From contig CAYNNA010000002.1 in assembly GCA_964398375.1 (NCBI GenBank), forward strand, positions 6,038 through 70,037: 64,000 nt of DNA, given 5' to 3'. Under the pieces are notes generated by a model that was given only the letters and a program-made list of their open reading frames with translations, did no database searches and had not been told where the DNA came from. Source of the DNA: an uncultured Thiothrix sp. GTDB taxonomy: Bacteria; Pseudomonadota; Gammaproteobacteria; Thiotrichales; Thiotrichaceae. Position numbers and translations under genes: made by a program. Every line of letters begins with the position of its first letter. Position 1 is the first letter of the stretch. Shown one piece after another: positions 1 to 9,311 of the stretch.

Positions 1-1
1 G

Positions 2-457
2 AGTGAAATTTATCAGGTGGATTTGGACGAAGGCTTTGAGCAAGCCCGTGGCATTATGGATAGCCGTATTTACAATGCCATTATTAGCGACATCGGCGGC
101 GATCAGCAGCGCGTTCACAGCCTGCAAACGCAACATTCAGCCACTACGTTTAAGCACGTGCTGCTGCCGGTTTGGTCGGCTGCCTTCCGTTACAATAGCG
201 AAACCTACCGCTTTGTCATCAACGGACGCAACGGCAAAACCCAAGGCGAACGCCCTTACAGTGTGGTAAAAATCGTGTTTGCCGCATTATTAGGGCTGAC
301 CTTGCTCGGCGGCTTGGGCTATGTCATGGAAAAAGCAGGCGTGTTTGAGCAAGCCTTGCAACAAGGTGGGAATTATTACCAGTACCAGCAATACCAAACA
401 CCTCGGCGCTTGCCTGATCCTTACCGTTACGACCCTTACCGTGCGCCAAGATACTAG
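2..457 (+). CDS. 5'-truncated conserved membrane protein (C-terminus of the zinc-ribbon family often annotated 'primosomal protein N'-like')
   Basis: Frame open from window edge. HVLLPVW...FRY...YRFVINGRNGKTQGERPYS motif followed by one hydrophobic helix. Confidence 0.5.
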   Translation, partial: SEIYQVDLDEGFEQARGIMDSRIYNAIISDIGGDQQRVHSLQTQHSATTFKHVLLPVWSAAFRYNSETYRFVINGRNGKTQGERPYSVVKIVFAALLGLTLLGGLGYVMEKAGVFEQALQQGGNYYQYQQYQTPRRLPDPYRYDPYRAPRY

Positions 458-466
458 CGCCGGAAT

Positions 467-1069
467 TTATACACCGTACAATTGCTGCATTAAACGCAGT
501 TGCTCCAATACCGCCCAGGGTGCATCCAAAAACAGCATGGCGTCACGGTGGGCGGTGTGTTGCTGCAAATGCTCAAATATGGCACGTAACGCTGGTGGCG
601 AGAGCGCTTCACTCGTGCGTATTACCCCGATTTGAGCCTCTGCACCTTGTGGCATAGCAGCAAACCATTCCCCTTTCGACAAAATATGCACGGCAAAACG
701 CTCTAACCACGCCGTTGGTATCCAAGGGACTCCCCCAGCATCGGCAACAATACCCAGCACTTGCGCTGATAATTCCTGCTCTATTGCACTACGCACCGCA
801 TCCCAATGCGCCGCTTGCAACAGTTCCGGGGTTAATTCCACATAGAAACCGAAATCTTGCCCGACCTCCGCCAGCCATTCCCTAGCTTGCTCCACAGGCG
901 CTTGCCACTCGCTCGCCGGAATCAATAAGCGATTGAATTCATTGGTGTAATAAGATATTTGCCAATCCGCTGGCAAATCATCTGGGTAAAATACACTTGC
1001 CCAATTAGCAGGCGACCAGCCGTAAGCGGCTAAGGTTAAGGTCGTTAATTTCGGGGTAATGGCGTTCAT
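467..1069 (-). CDS. DUF72-like protein (divergent)
   Basis: N-terminal AYGW..W..VFYPDDLPADWQISYYTNEF resembles the DUF72/YecE N-terminus. Start set at the ATG at 1069 (MNAITP). Confidence 0.5.
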   Translation of the reverse strand: MNAITPKLTTLTLAAYGWSPANWASVFYPDDLPADWQISYYTNEFNRLLIPASEWQAPVEQAREWLAEVGQDFGFYVELTPELLQAAHWDAVRSAIEQELSAQVLGIVADAGGVPWIPTAWLERFAVHILSKGEWFAAMPQGAEAQIGVIRTSEALSPPALRAIFEHLQQHTAHRDAMLFLDAPWAVLEQLRLMQQLYGV

Positions 1070-1136
1070 GAACCACTCGACTATGCAGGAAAATACCAGT
1101 TGCCAGCATACCACGCCGCTCAGTCGAAGACATAAC

Positions 1137-1165
1137 TTGACTTATGCACTCGGAAATACTACTTT
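1137..1165 (+). promoter_or_regulatory. Putative sigma70 promoter for the DsrC-like gene
   Basis: TTGACT-17 nt-TACTTT; AGGAGG Shine-Dalgarno (SD) just before the ATG at 1251. Confidence 0.45.
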
Positions 1166-1250
1166 TAGGATATAAGCAAGGAATCAAACCACACCACTAG
1201 AGATAGTCAGGTTTGTCATCACCACAGAAAATACTCAGGAGGATTGAGTT

Positions 1251-1622
1251 ATGATGTTTAGCGATGTTTCTTTGGATGAAATGTTCCCACGCGCCCACGC
1301 GGTCATGCGAGCACCGTTACCCACACTCAGAACTGACAACGTTTATCAATTAATTCAAAGCAATGCCGCTGAGCGCGGTATGACGCTGACCGATGAACAC
1401 ATGGCAGTAATCAATTTCATACTCGATTTCTACGAACACTGCGATGACTGCCAGAATGCACGGAAATTAGCCGATATGCTGCAAGAGGAGTTTATGCCGC
1501 AAGGCGGGCGTAAATACTTGTACCAACTCTTCCCCGATGGCCCACTGAGCACTATTCACGACATTGCGGAATTACCAAAATTAGGCAATGAAACCGACAA
1601 AAGTTTCGGCACTAGCTGGTAA
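1251..1622 (+). CDS. TusE/DsrC/DsvC-family protein lacking C-terminal cysteines (RspA-like)
   Basis: G.TLTDEHMAVINF..DFY and KYLYQLFP.GP...I..IAELP motifs of the DsrC fold. Ends in DKSFGTSW with no terminal Cys. Confidence 0.8.
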   Translation: MMFSDVSLDEMFPRAHAVMRAPLPTLRTDNVYQLIQSNAAERGMTLTDEHMAVINFILDFYEHCDDCQNARKLADMLQEEFMPQGGRKYLYQLFPDGPLSTIHDIAELPKLGNETDKSFGTSW

Positions 1623-1647
1623 TAATACTTAACAATGACTAAAACCC

Positions 1648-1678
1648 AACCCAATCATCTGAAGTGATTGGGTTTTTT
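1648..1678 (+). terminator. Rho-independent terminator
   Basis: AACCCAATCA-TCTGAAG-TGATTGGGTT followed by a T-run. Confidence 0.75.
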
Positions 1679-1751
1679 GTTTGCGTTCAGGATTGAACTT
1701 ATAGAATGCCCTAACATTCTAAATGCATAACAAAAAACAGGGCAGATCATA

Positions 1752-2369
1752 ATGGGCAATATTAAAGCAGCACTGCTATTGGGTGCAGTCACTTCTGGAC
1801 TCGGCGGATGCGCACCAATGGGTTCATACCCGCAAACCGCGCAATACCCGTATTGGAACCACACGGTTCCGGGGGTTTACCAAAACCAAGCACGACCTTA
1901 TTTCACCAGTTATAATCAACCATCAATGTCGCAACCGGCATTTTCACAACAATACCAACCGTTTTCACAACAAACTGAACCTTATGACGCCCCCGCTAGA
2001 CGCGCTTTATTGGCCCAAGCGCATCAGGCCCTAGGCGTGCGCTACACCCTTGGGGGTGAAACCCCGCGCGAAGGCTTTGATTGCAGTGGTCTGACCCAAT
2101 ACGTCTACAAAAATGCCCAAGGCATCACCCTCCCCCGCACCGCAGCCGAACAAAGTGCCGCTAGTCGTACCATTAGCTTTGAACAAATGCGCCCCGGTGA
2201 TTTAATTTTCTTCCGTACCAGTGGCAGCAAAGTCAATCACGTGGGTATTTATATCGGGCGTGGTGATTTCATCCATGCGGCATCCGGTGGCAGCAAAGTG
2301 AGTATTGACAAGCTGAGTAAAACCTATTGGCAACAACGTCTTGTCAAATTTGGCGCTTTTATTGCTTAA
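1752..2369 (+). CDS. NlpC/P60 (C40) peptidoglycan endopeptidase lipoprotein
   Basis: Lipobox LGGC; GFDCSG catalytic Cys, HVGIY and FIHA motifs; Gln/Pro/Tyr-rich linker. Confidence 0.9.
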   Translation: MGNIKAALLLGAVTSGLGGCAPMGSYPQTAQYPYWNHTVPGVYQNQARPYFTSYNQPSMSQPAFSQQYQPFSQQTEPYDAPARRALLAQAHQALGVRYTLGGETPREGFDCSGLTQYVYKNAQGITLPRTAAEQSAASRTISFEQMRPGDLIFFRTSGSKVNHVGIYIGRGDFIHAASGGSKVSIDKLSKTYWQQRLVKFGAFIA

Positions 2370-2448
2370 AATTAAAACAAACATGAACCTTTCAACAAGA
2401 TTTGCCGACTGATCGTCAGGCCGATTGTTAATTTTGGCTGAATAGCGT

Positions 2449-2455
2449 CTATACT
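2449..2455 (+). promoter_or_regulatory. Possible RpoS-type -10 element
   Basis: CTATACT about 45 nt upstream of the BON-LysM gene. The E. coli homologue is RpoS-regulated. Confidence 0.3.
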
Positions 2456-2498
2456 ACGGATGGAGATTAATCCACACGTAAACCAAGGAGAAAATAAG

Positions 2499-2942
2499 AT
2501 GGGACTGTTTGATTTCGCCCGTAACATTGGCAAGAAAATCTTCGGCAAGGAAGAGGAAGCGCCTGCTGCACTGACTCAACACATCAATGAAGACAACCCC
2601 GGCGTTGAAGGCTTGCAAGTTGAAGTAAAAGATGGCGTTGCAGTATTAACAGGTCAGGCACAATCGGCTGAAGCACTGGAAAAAGCTGTGCTGATGGCGG
2701 GTAACGCAATGGGTATCGAGTCCGTGAAAGCGGACGGCATGACCATTGCAGACGGCAGCCAAGTCGGTGGTGATGACGAATTCTACGTAATCGAAAAAGG
2801 CGACACCCTGTGGGAAATCGCTGAAAAAGCCTACGGCAATGGTTCAAAGTACACAAAGATCGTCGAAGTAAACCGCGAAGTTATCAAAGACGCTGACAAA
2901 ATCTTCCCTGGTCAGAAAATCCGCATTCCTAAAAACATCTAA
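2499..2942 (+). CDS. kbp: BON-LysM protein (Kbp/YgaU-like)
   Basis: MGLFDF...GKKIFG N-terminus, BON domain, LysM motif YVIEKGDTLWEIA...YGNG..Y..I...N; AAGGAG SD. Confidence 0.85.
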   Translation: MGLFDFARNIGKKIFGKEEEAPAALTQHINEDNPGVEGLQVEVKDGVAVLTGQAQSAEALEKAVLMAGNAMGIESVKADGMTIADGSQVGGDDEFYVIEKGDTLWEIAEKAYGNGSKYTKIVEVNREVIKDADKIFPGQKIRIPKNI

Positions 2943-2960
2943 ACACAGGTACATTAACAC

Positions 2961-3431
2961 ATGGATATAATGCAAATTGCTGTTCAGTTATTCAAAAGCC
3001 AATTGGACAAAGATGGTGATGGTCAACTGGAAATGACTGAAATTGCTTCCGCCATGATGGGTTTGATGGGCAGTGGCAACAGTCAAGCACAAGCAGGCGG
3101 TCTGGGTGGCTTAGCCTCCATGATTTCCGGTATGCAAAGCGGTGGTGACTCTGGTTTGGCGTCACTAGCAGCTTCATGGTTAGGCAATGGTCAAAATATC
3201 CAGCCTTCTGGTAGTCAGTTAACCCAGATGTTCGGTCAAGATAAGATTGCAGCATTTGCACAGCAATTAGGTCTCAGCCCAGATCAAGCCATGAAGGGGC
3301 TACAAGCGGCTGTTCCTGAAGTTGTGGACAAAGCTTCCCCTAATGGCTCATTGGATATGGGTAGCCTGTTGGATTCGGTTGGTGGCGTGTCTGGCGCTAT
3401 TGGTCTTGCAAGCAAGCTGTTTGGTCGCTAA
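2961..3431 (+). CDS. YidB/DUF937-family protein
   Basis: SWLGNGQN...QL..MFG.DKIAAFAQQLG....A..GL..AVP.VVDK.SPNG motif. Confidence 0.8.
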   Translation: MDIMQIAVQLFKSQLDKDGDGQLEMTEIASAMMGLMGSGNSQAQAGGLGGLASMISGMQSGGDSGLASLAASWLGNGQNIQPSGSQLTQMFGQDKIAAFAQQLGLSPDQAMKGLQAAVPEVVDKASPNGSLDMGSLLDSVGGVSGAIGLASKLFGR

Positions 3432-3459
3432 GACGCACTGAAGTCTTGCTTAAGTTATC

Positions 3460-3487
3460 AAGCCGCCCCTTAGAGGGCGGCTTTTTG
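3460..3487 (+). terminator. Rho-independent terminator
   Basis: AAGCCGCCC-CTTAGA-GGGCGGCTT followed by a T-run. Confidence 0.8.
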
Positions 3488-3555
3488 CTTTAAACCCTAA
3501 TTTTCATGAGAATACTGTTTTGTTACCAGCATCTAACCTATAGTTAACTGATTAC

Positions 3556-3574
3556 TGTACAAAGCTACTACAAA
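3556..3574 (+). promoter_or_regulatory. Putative LitR/CarH-type operator
   Basis: TACAAA direct repeats at 3558 and 3569 (11-bp period); the first is TGTACA. Lies immediately before the regulator ATG. Confidence 0.5.
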
Positions 3575-3578
3575 TCTT

Positions 3579-4535
3579 ATGAACTCTGTGACTGATCCCA
3601 ACGCCGAAGACATTGCCGCCCTGTTCCCTATTGGCACAGTATCCGAACAGACCGGCGTGAATACGGTAACATTACGCGCATGGGAACGCCGTTACGGTTT
3701 ACTAAAACCGCGCCGCACGCCTAAAGGGCATCGCCTTTACAGCCGTCAAGATGTCGATCGTGTCAAACAAGTACTGGTATTGCTGGATCAGGGTATTCCG
3801 GTAGGGCGCGTGCGTGACGTGCTCGACAGCGGTGACACCCCACCTATCCTGTTACGCACAGCTCAAGATGTACAAACTGACGATCCCTGGCGATACTATT
3901 GCTCGCTGTTTCAGCACTGCATCCACAAACTGGATACCCGTTCACTGGAACACTCTTTCAATGAAGCGGTATCGCTGTATTCGCTGGAATTAGTCGCCAA
4001 GAAATTGATTTTTCCCCTGTATCAGCAACTGTGGCAACAGCAGGCAATGTTGCCGTCTACCCGCGCTGATTACGCTTTTCTGCATGAATTTTTATGTGTA
4101 AAACTGGGTTCGCGCTATTTACATTACAATAGTCGCGCCAACGGTAAACGGGTATTGTTGGTCAATACCCAGACTCATGCAGTGCAATTGGAAACGCTAC
4201 TACTCGCCAATATCATCAGCCAACACGGGTATCAGGTCAGTTTGCTCGGCACGGAAACCACGCTGGATCATTTGCCGCTGATTATCGGACGCACTGAATT
4301 TGATGCATTACTATTGCCAAGCACTGGCGTATCCAGCAGTTTGCAAGCCCTAAGTGTTATGACCAAAATCACCGTATTTTTAAGCGGTGAAGCACCTCCC
4401 GAAGCGCTGTCCGACACCACACCGTTACGCAATATTCACTGGCTACCCGCCGAGTTAAGCGAAATTTGTCTAACCCTTGATAAAGTCCTCGCGAAAGAAC
4501 CCGCTCCCATACTCACACCAGTCGCCACCGCATGA
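3579..4535 (+). CDS. MerR-family regulator, class II LitR-like
   Basis: MerR HTH (IGTVSEQTGVNTVTLRAWERRYGLLKP.RT..GHRLY). C-terminal B12-binding-like domain lacking WxxxxxxxxxEH and ExHxxG. ATGA overlap with photolyase. Confidence 0.8.
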   Translation: MNSVTDPNAEDIAALFPIGTVSEQTGVNTVTLRAWERRYGLLKPRRTPKGHRLYSRQDVDRVKQVLVLLDQGIPVGRVRDVLDSGDTPPILLRTAQDVQTDDPWRYYCSLFQHCIHKLDTRSLEHSFNEAVSLYSLELVAKKLIFPLYQQLWQQQAMLPSTRADYAFLHEFLCVKLGSRYLHYNSRANGKRVLLVNTQTHAVQLETLLLANIISQHGYQVSLLGTETTLDHLPLIIGRTEFDALLLPSTGVSSSLQALSVMTKITVFLSGEAPPEALSDTTPLRNIHWLPAELSEICLTLDKVLAKEPAPILTPVATA

Positions 4536-5968
4536 CTACAGCGCTGGTTTGGTTACGGCAAGACTTACGTTTGGCGGATAACCCCGCGCTTTACCAGGCT
4601 TGCCGCACCTGTGAACACGTTATTCCGGTGTTTATTGACGACCCGCTACCCACTTCCATCAGCCAATTAGGGGCGGCGAGTCGAGTATGGTTACATCACA
4701 GTTTGCAGGCGCTCAATACGCACTTACAAACGCTGGGAAATCGCTTGATATTACGTCAAGGTGCTGCCTTACCCATTTTACAGCAGTTGATCGCCAGCAC
4801 CGGCGCAACCCATGTGTATTGGAATCGGGTGTATGACCCCGCCAGCCTTGCCCGCGACAAGCACATCAAAGAAACCCTCAAGCAAACCTGCGAAGTGCAC
4901 AGCTTTAATGCCAGCCTGCTGAATGAACCGTGGGAGTTTTTAAAAGCCGATGGCACACCTTATAAAGTGTTCACCCCGTTTTGGAAAGCAATGCTGAAAC
5001 ACGGGATTCAACACCTGCCACTGCCCATGCCCAAACGCATGGTTGCGCCTGCCAACTTGCCGGAGAGTTTGCCCGTGGATACGTTAGGTTTATTGCCGAC
5101 GATCCGCTGGGATACCGACATGATGGCGCATTGGCAAGTGGGCGAGGCGGCGGCAATGCAAAAACTGCTCGCATTCTTGCCACAAGGTGCGAATTACAAG
5201 GAAGCGCGTAACCTGCCCGCCCAAACCGGCACTGCCCGCCTTTCACCGCATTTGCACTTCGGGGAAATCAGCCCACGTCAGGCGGTTTATCACACCGAAC
5301 ACTATTTGCAGACACACCCTGAAGCCGAGAGCGGCTTGCGGCATTTTATGCAGGAAATCGGCTGGCGTGAATTTGCTTACCACCTGCTGTATCACTTTCC
5401 GCACACGCAAGAACGCGCCTTGGATGCAAGGTTTGATGCGTTCCCTTGGGCAGAAGATTACACAAACGTGCTAAACCGTTGGCAGCAAGGGCAAACCGGC
5501 TTCCCCATTATTGATGCGGGAATGCGCGAATTGTGGCAAACCGGCTGGATGCATAATCGGGTGCGCATGATTGTGGCGTCACTGCTCACCAAAAACTTGC
5601 TCGTGCCTTGGCAGGTGGGGGAACACTGGTTTCGGGATACCTTGGTGGATGCTGATTTAGCCAGCAATGTGTTCGGCTGGCAATGGACAGCAGGCTGTGG
5701 CGCTGATGCCGCGCCCTATTTCCGTATTTTTAACCCGATTGTGCAAAGCCAGAAGTTTGACCCAGAAGGGGAATACATTCGCCGCTGGGTTCCAGAATTG
5801 GCACAGCGGGATAACAAACTGATCCATTTACCGCGTGAATTGGGCGATGGGTTACGGGATTATCCCCTGCCTGTGGTGGATTTGAAAACCAGCCGAGCAC
5901 GAGCGTTGGCGCTGTTTAATTGTTCAGACCCAGATGAAGAACCTCACCCCCCGCCCCCCTCTCCTTGA
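4532..5968 (+). CDS. phrB: Deoxyribodipyrimidine photolyase (class I CPD)
   Basis: VWLRQDLRLADNPAL, LSPHLHFGEISPR, WREF, GWMHNRVRM, GWQWTAG.G.DAAPYFRIFNP motifs. Confidence 0.95.
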   Translation: MTTALVWLRQDLRLADNPALYQACRTCEHVIPVFIDDPLPTSISQLGAASRVWLHHSLQALNTHLQTLGNRLILRQGAALPILQQLIASTGATHVYWNRVYDPASLARDKHIKETLKQTCEVHSFNASLLNEPWEFLKADGTPYKVFTPFWKAMLKHGIQHLPLPMPKRMVAPANLPESLPVDTLGLLPTIRWDTDMMAHWQVGEAAAMQKLLAFLPQGANYKEARNLPAQTGTARLSPHLHFGEISPRQAVYHTEHYLQTHPEAESGLRHFMQEIGWREFAYHLLYHFPHTQERALDARFDAFPWAEDYTNVLNRWQQGQTGFPIIDAGMRELWQTGWMHNRVRMIVASLLTKNLLVPWQVGEHWFRDTLVDADLASNVFGWQWTAGCGADAAPYFRIFNPIVQSQKFDPEGEYIRRWVPELAQRDNKLIHLPRELGDGLRDYPLPVVDLKTSRARALALFNCSDPDEEPHPPPPSP

Positions 5969-6041
5969 CAGGAGAGGGGGAGAAAGAGCGACGTTTCTTA
6001 GCCCCTCGCCTATCAAGGAGAGGGGTTGGGGTGAGGTTCTT
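5937..6041. repeat. Composite REP/MITE-like inverted element (about 105 bp)
   Basis: 14-bp terminal IR AAGAACCTCACCCC / GGGGTGAGGTTCTT enclosing two inverted CCCCTCTCC-N6-GGAGAGGGG hairpins. Confidence 0.85.
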
Positions 6042-6079
6042 TTAGAGGAATGTGAACAGTTACAACCTCAAGCCGTGAG

Positions 6080-6940
6080 TTACAAGCTGTATTCCGCTAC
6101 TAAACGGAATTCCCCACCTGCTGCCACTTCCACCACATCATCCGCCGCGTTAGTCGTTTCCACGCACACGAAACGGGTGTAATCGTCGTCCTGTAAATCC
6201 GCCATGCTCGCCGCAATTTTCGCCCACGGATTCCACACCACCGCCGTTTTATTGCCGCTGGAAGTAATGCGGATCGTGCGGTTCAACGCACCATCGACAA
6301 TCGTTAGTTCCGCCGGAACGCCGAGATAAACGCGGTCAACTTCACTGCTAATACTGATTGCACCATCTTGCTGCTTGGTTGCGCCGTTGCCATCCGCCGC
6401 TTTATCAAGGTATTGCGTACCGTCCAGCCCAGTCACACTGGTTTGCGCAATATCACCCACCGCAAAATAGGTGTGCAGCGCTTGGGTAATGGTAAAAGCG
6501 GCATCGCCGGTATTGCTTGTCACCAATGCCAGTTGCAAGGTTTTGCTGACGGTAATTTCCATCGCCAAACGGAACGCATGAGGCCAAATTGCCAAAGTTT
6601 CGGGGGAGGATTCCACGCCCAAAATCACAGTGGTTGAGCCATCCGCATTTTCGCGGGTTTCCCACTCGCTCCACATCCGGTTACGCATAAAACCATGAGC
6701 GGGGCGACCTTTGCCTTCGGGGTCTGCGCCGAACCAAGGCCAACAAATCGGTACGCCGCCTTTGATCGCTTTGCCTTCGGCGTAATAAGCTTTGTCGCTG
6801 ACAAACAGCACATCCGCCGCGCCTTTGGGGGTAAAGGACAAGACTTGCCCTGCGTAAACCGAAATCACGGCATCGGCATAGTCGTTGCTAACGTTGATCA
6901 TTGGCAAGCCGCCGTTGCCTGCTACACGAGTGATTGTCAT
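6080..6940 (-). CDS. yeaD: D-hexose-6-phosphate mutarotase (aldose 1-epimerase family)
   Basis: IKGGVPICWPWFG, HGFMR, ALHTYF, E.DRVY, VVWNPW, FVCVE motifs. Confidence 0.9.
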   Translation of the reverse strand: MTITRVAGNGGLPMINVSNDYADAVISVYAGQVLSFTPKGAADVLFVSDKAYYAEGKAIKGGVPICWPWFGADPEGKGRPAHGFMRNRMWSEWETRENADGSTTVILGVESSPETLAIWPHAFRLAMEITVSKTLQLALVTSNTGDAAFTITQALHTYFAVGDIAQTSVTGLDGTQYLDKAADGNGATKQQDGAISISSEVDRVYLGVPAELTIVDGALNRTIRITSSGNKTAVVWNPWAKIAASMADLQDDDYTRFVCVETTNAADDVVEVAAGGEFRLVAEYSL

Positions 6941-7065
6941 GGTGCATTCCTATTTATGGTTAAAAATCGCCGCCAGATTATAGGGCAAAATGTAAGAAGG
7001 GGATGCAGGAAAACACGCGGAATTCTATAATCAGCGCTTTCCCATACCGGATAGAAGATAACACC

Positions 7066-8784
7066 ATGCGAGTTTCCCGATTTCCCCTGACCACGCTGCG
7101 CGAAACACCCGCAGATGCCGAAGTCATCAGCCACCAATTAATGTTGCGTGCAGGCATGATCCGCCGTCTCGCCTCCGGTTTGTACACCTGGATGCCGTAT
7201 GGCTTGCGCGTATTGCGCAAAGTCGAAGCCATTGTGCGTGAAGAAATGAATAACGCGGGTGCGATTGAAGTGCTGATGCCGTCGGTGCAACCAGCCGAAT
7301 TGTGGCAAGAGTCAGGGCGCTGGGAAAAATACGGTGCAGAATTGTTACGCATCCGTGACCGCCACAGCCGTGACTTTTGCTATGGTCCGACGCACGAAGA
7401 AATCATTACCGATTACGCCCGTAAGGAATTGAGCAGCTACAAACAGTTGCCGATCAATTTCTACCAGATTCAAACCAAATTCCGTGACGAAGTACGCCCC
7501 CGTTTTGGCGTAATGCGGGCGCGTGAGTTCTTGATGAAAGACGCCTATTCCTTCCACCTCACCCAAGAATCGTTGCAAGAAACCTATGACGCGATGTACG
7601 CCGCTTACTCACGTATATTCCAGCGGTTGGGGCTAGATTTCCGCCCGGTACAAGCCGACACTGGCTCGATTGGTGGCAACGCTTCGCACGAATTCCACGT
7701 CTTGGCAGATTCCGGTGAAGACGCGATTGCCTTTGCCAGTGGCAGCAATTACGCCGCCAATATCGAATTAGCGGAAGCGGTTTGCCTGATTGCCGAATGC
7801 GCCGCGCCGACGGAAGCGATGCGTGAAGTCGACACGCCCAACGCCAAAACTATCGAAGAATTGGTGGCGCAATTCGGCTTGCCGATTGAGAAAACGGTTA
7901 AAACCTTGATCGTCGCAGCGACGGAAGGCTCAGAGCACGCATTCATTGCCTTGCTGGTACGCGGCGACCATACCCTCAACGAAATCAAAGCGGAAAAAAT
8001 CCCCGGCGTTGCCGTGCCGTTGCGGTTCGCCCGCGAAGATGAAATTCGTGCTTTGATCGGTGCAGGCCCCGGCTCTTTAGGCCCGGTCGGTTTGACCATT
8101 CCCGTGGTAGCTGACCGTACCGTAGCGAATATGTCGGACTTCGGCGCGGGTGCGAATGTCGACGGCAAACACTTTTTCGGCATCAACTGGGAACGCGATG
8201 CCGCGATGCCGCAAGTTGCTGATTTGCGCAATGTCATCGAAGGCGACCCCAGCCCCGATGGGTGCGGCACGCTATCCATCGTGCGCGGTATTGAAGTGGG
8301 TCACATCTTCCAATTGGGCAAAACCTATTCCTCAAAACTCAATGCGACAGTGCTCGATGAAAGCGGACGCGCACAAGTGATGACAATGGGTTGCTACGGC
8401 ATTGGCGTTTCGCGTGTCGTCGCCTCCGCGATTGAGCAAAACAACGACGAATTCGGTATCCGCTGGCCTGCGGCGATTGCACCATTCACGGTGGTCATTG
8501 CGCCCTTGAACATGCAGAAATCACCAGAAGTGGCTGCGAAAGCCGAAGAACTGTACGCGCAATTGCAGGCAGCAGGCGTGGATGTATTGCTGGATGACCG
8601 TGCCTTGCGCCCTGGTGTGATGTTTGCCGACCATGAATTGCTGGGCATTCCACACCGCCTTATTATCTCCGAGCGCGGCTTGCAAGCCGGTGAAATTGAA
8701 TACAAGGCACGTAGCGGTGGCGATGCCGTGAAAGTGCCAGTGGCGAATGTTTTTGCCTTTATTCAGGAAAAATTGAGCAACTAA
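7066..8784 (+). CDS. proS: Proline--tRNA ligase
   Basis: [47 protein letters not shown], editing insertion, [10 protein letters not shown]. Confidence 0.98.
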   Translation: MRVSRFPLTTLRETPADAEVISHQLMLRAGMIRRLASGLYTWMPYGLRVLRKVEAIVREEMNNAGAIEVLMPSVQPAELWQESGRWEKYGAELLRIRDRHSRDFCYGPTHEEIITDYARKELSSYKQLPINFYQIQTKFRDEVRPRFGVMRAREFLMKDAYSFHLTQESLQETYDAMYAAYSRIFQRLGLDFRPVQADTGSIGGNASHEFHVLADSGEDAIAFASGSNYAANIELAEAVCLIAECAAPTEAMREVDTPNAKTIEELVAQFGLPIEKTVKTLIVAATEGSEHAFIALLVRGDHTLNEIKAEKIPGVAVPLRFAREDEIRALIGAGPGSLGPVGLTIPVVADRTVANMSDFGAGANVDGKHFFGINWERDAAMPQVADLRNVIEGDPSPDGCGTLSIVRGIEVGHIFQLGKTYSSKLNATVLDESGRAQVMTMGCYGIGVSRVVASAIEQNNDEFGIRWPAAIAPFTVVIAPLNMQKSPEVAAKAEELYAQLQAAGVDVLLDDRALRPGVMFADHELLGIPHRLIISERGLQAGEIEYKARSGGDAVKVPVANVFAFIQEKLSN

Positions 8785-8804
8785 CTCCCACCTCAACACC
8801 GCAA

Positions 8805-8829
8805 GGGAGCATCCGCAAGGGTTGCTCCC
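8805..8829 (+). terminator. Hairpin downstream of proS (weak U-tract)
   Basis: GGGAGCA...TGCTCCC stem with a GCAA loop. Confidence 0.45.
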
Positions 8830-8931
8830 GCCTTTGCATTCGATGCAATATTTTCACAACGTTAATCCAAACTTAACCACAATGTGATAGCCATCACGGT
8901 ATCCCTGCCATTATTTTACGATAATTAGCTC

Positions 8932-9288
8932 ATGGCTTTCGTCGGGCAAATTTCGGGGCTAATTATGGATATTCTTACAGTGTCATTTTTATTGCTGTTG
9001 GGTGCGGCAGCAGGGTCATGGTTGGGCTATTCACAGGGGCTTGCACAGGGCAAACAAGTCGGCAAATTGGCGGGGATAAAAGAAGGCATTAAAGAGCAAC
9101 TGCGGAAAGAACTGATTGAGTCCAAGATCATTGGGGGGGCTTATGAGGTTAAGGTTCACGCAGATGCCTGCAAAGAGCTGGAAGCCGCCTTATCCGGTAA
9201 GTCGCAGAAAAAAACTCCCGCGTCATCACTACCGGGCTGGGTGATGGTGGCGGGGGTATTATTCGCGAGTTGGTTGCTGCTGACGTAG
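8932..9288 (+). CDS. Hypothetical small membrane protein (alternative start 8965)
   Basis: Hydrophobic helices at both ends; GxxxG-periodic segment (GYSQGLAQGKQVGKLAGIKEG). Confidence 0.55.
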   Translation: MAFVGQISGLIMDILTVSFLLLLGAAAGSWLGYSQGLAQGKQVGKLAGIKEGIKEQLRKELIESKIIGGAYEVKVHADACKELEAALSGKSQKKTPASSLPGWVMVAGVLFASWLLLT

Positions 9289-9311
9289 CGAATCAGCGCC
9301 GATTCGGAAAG

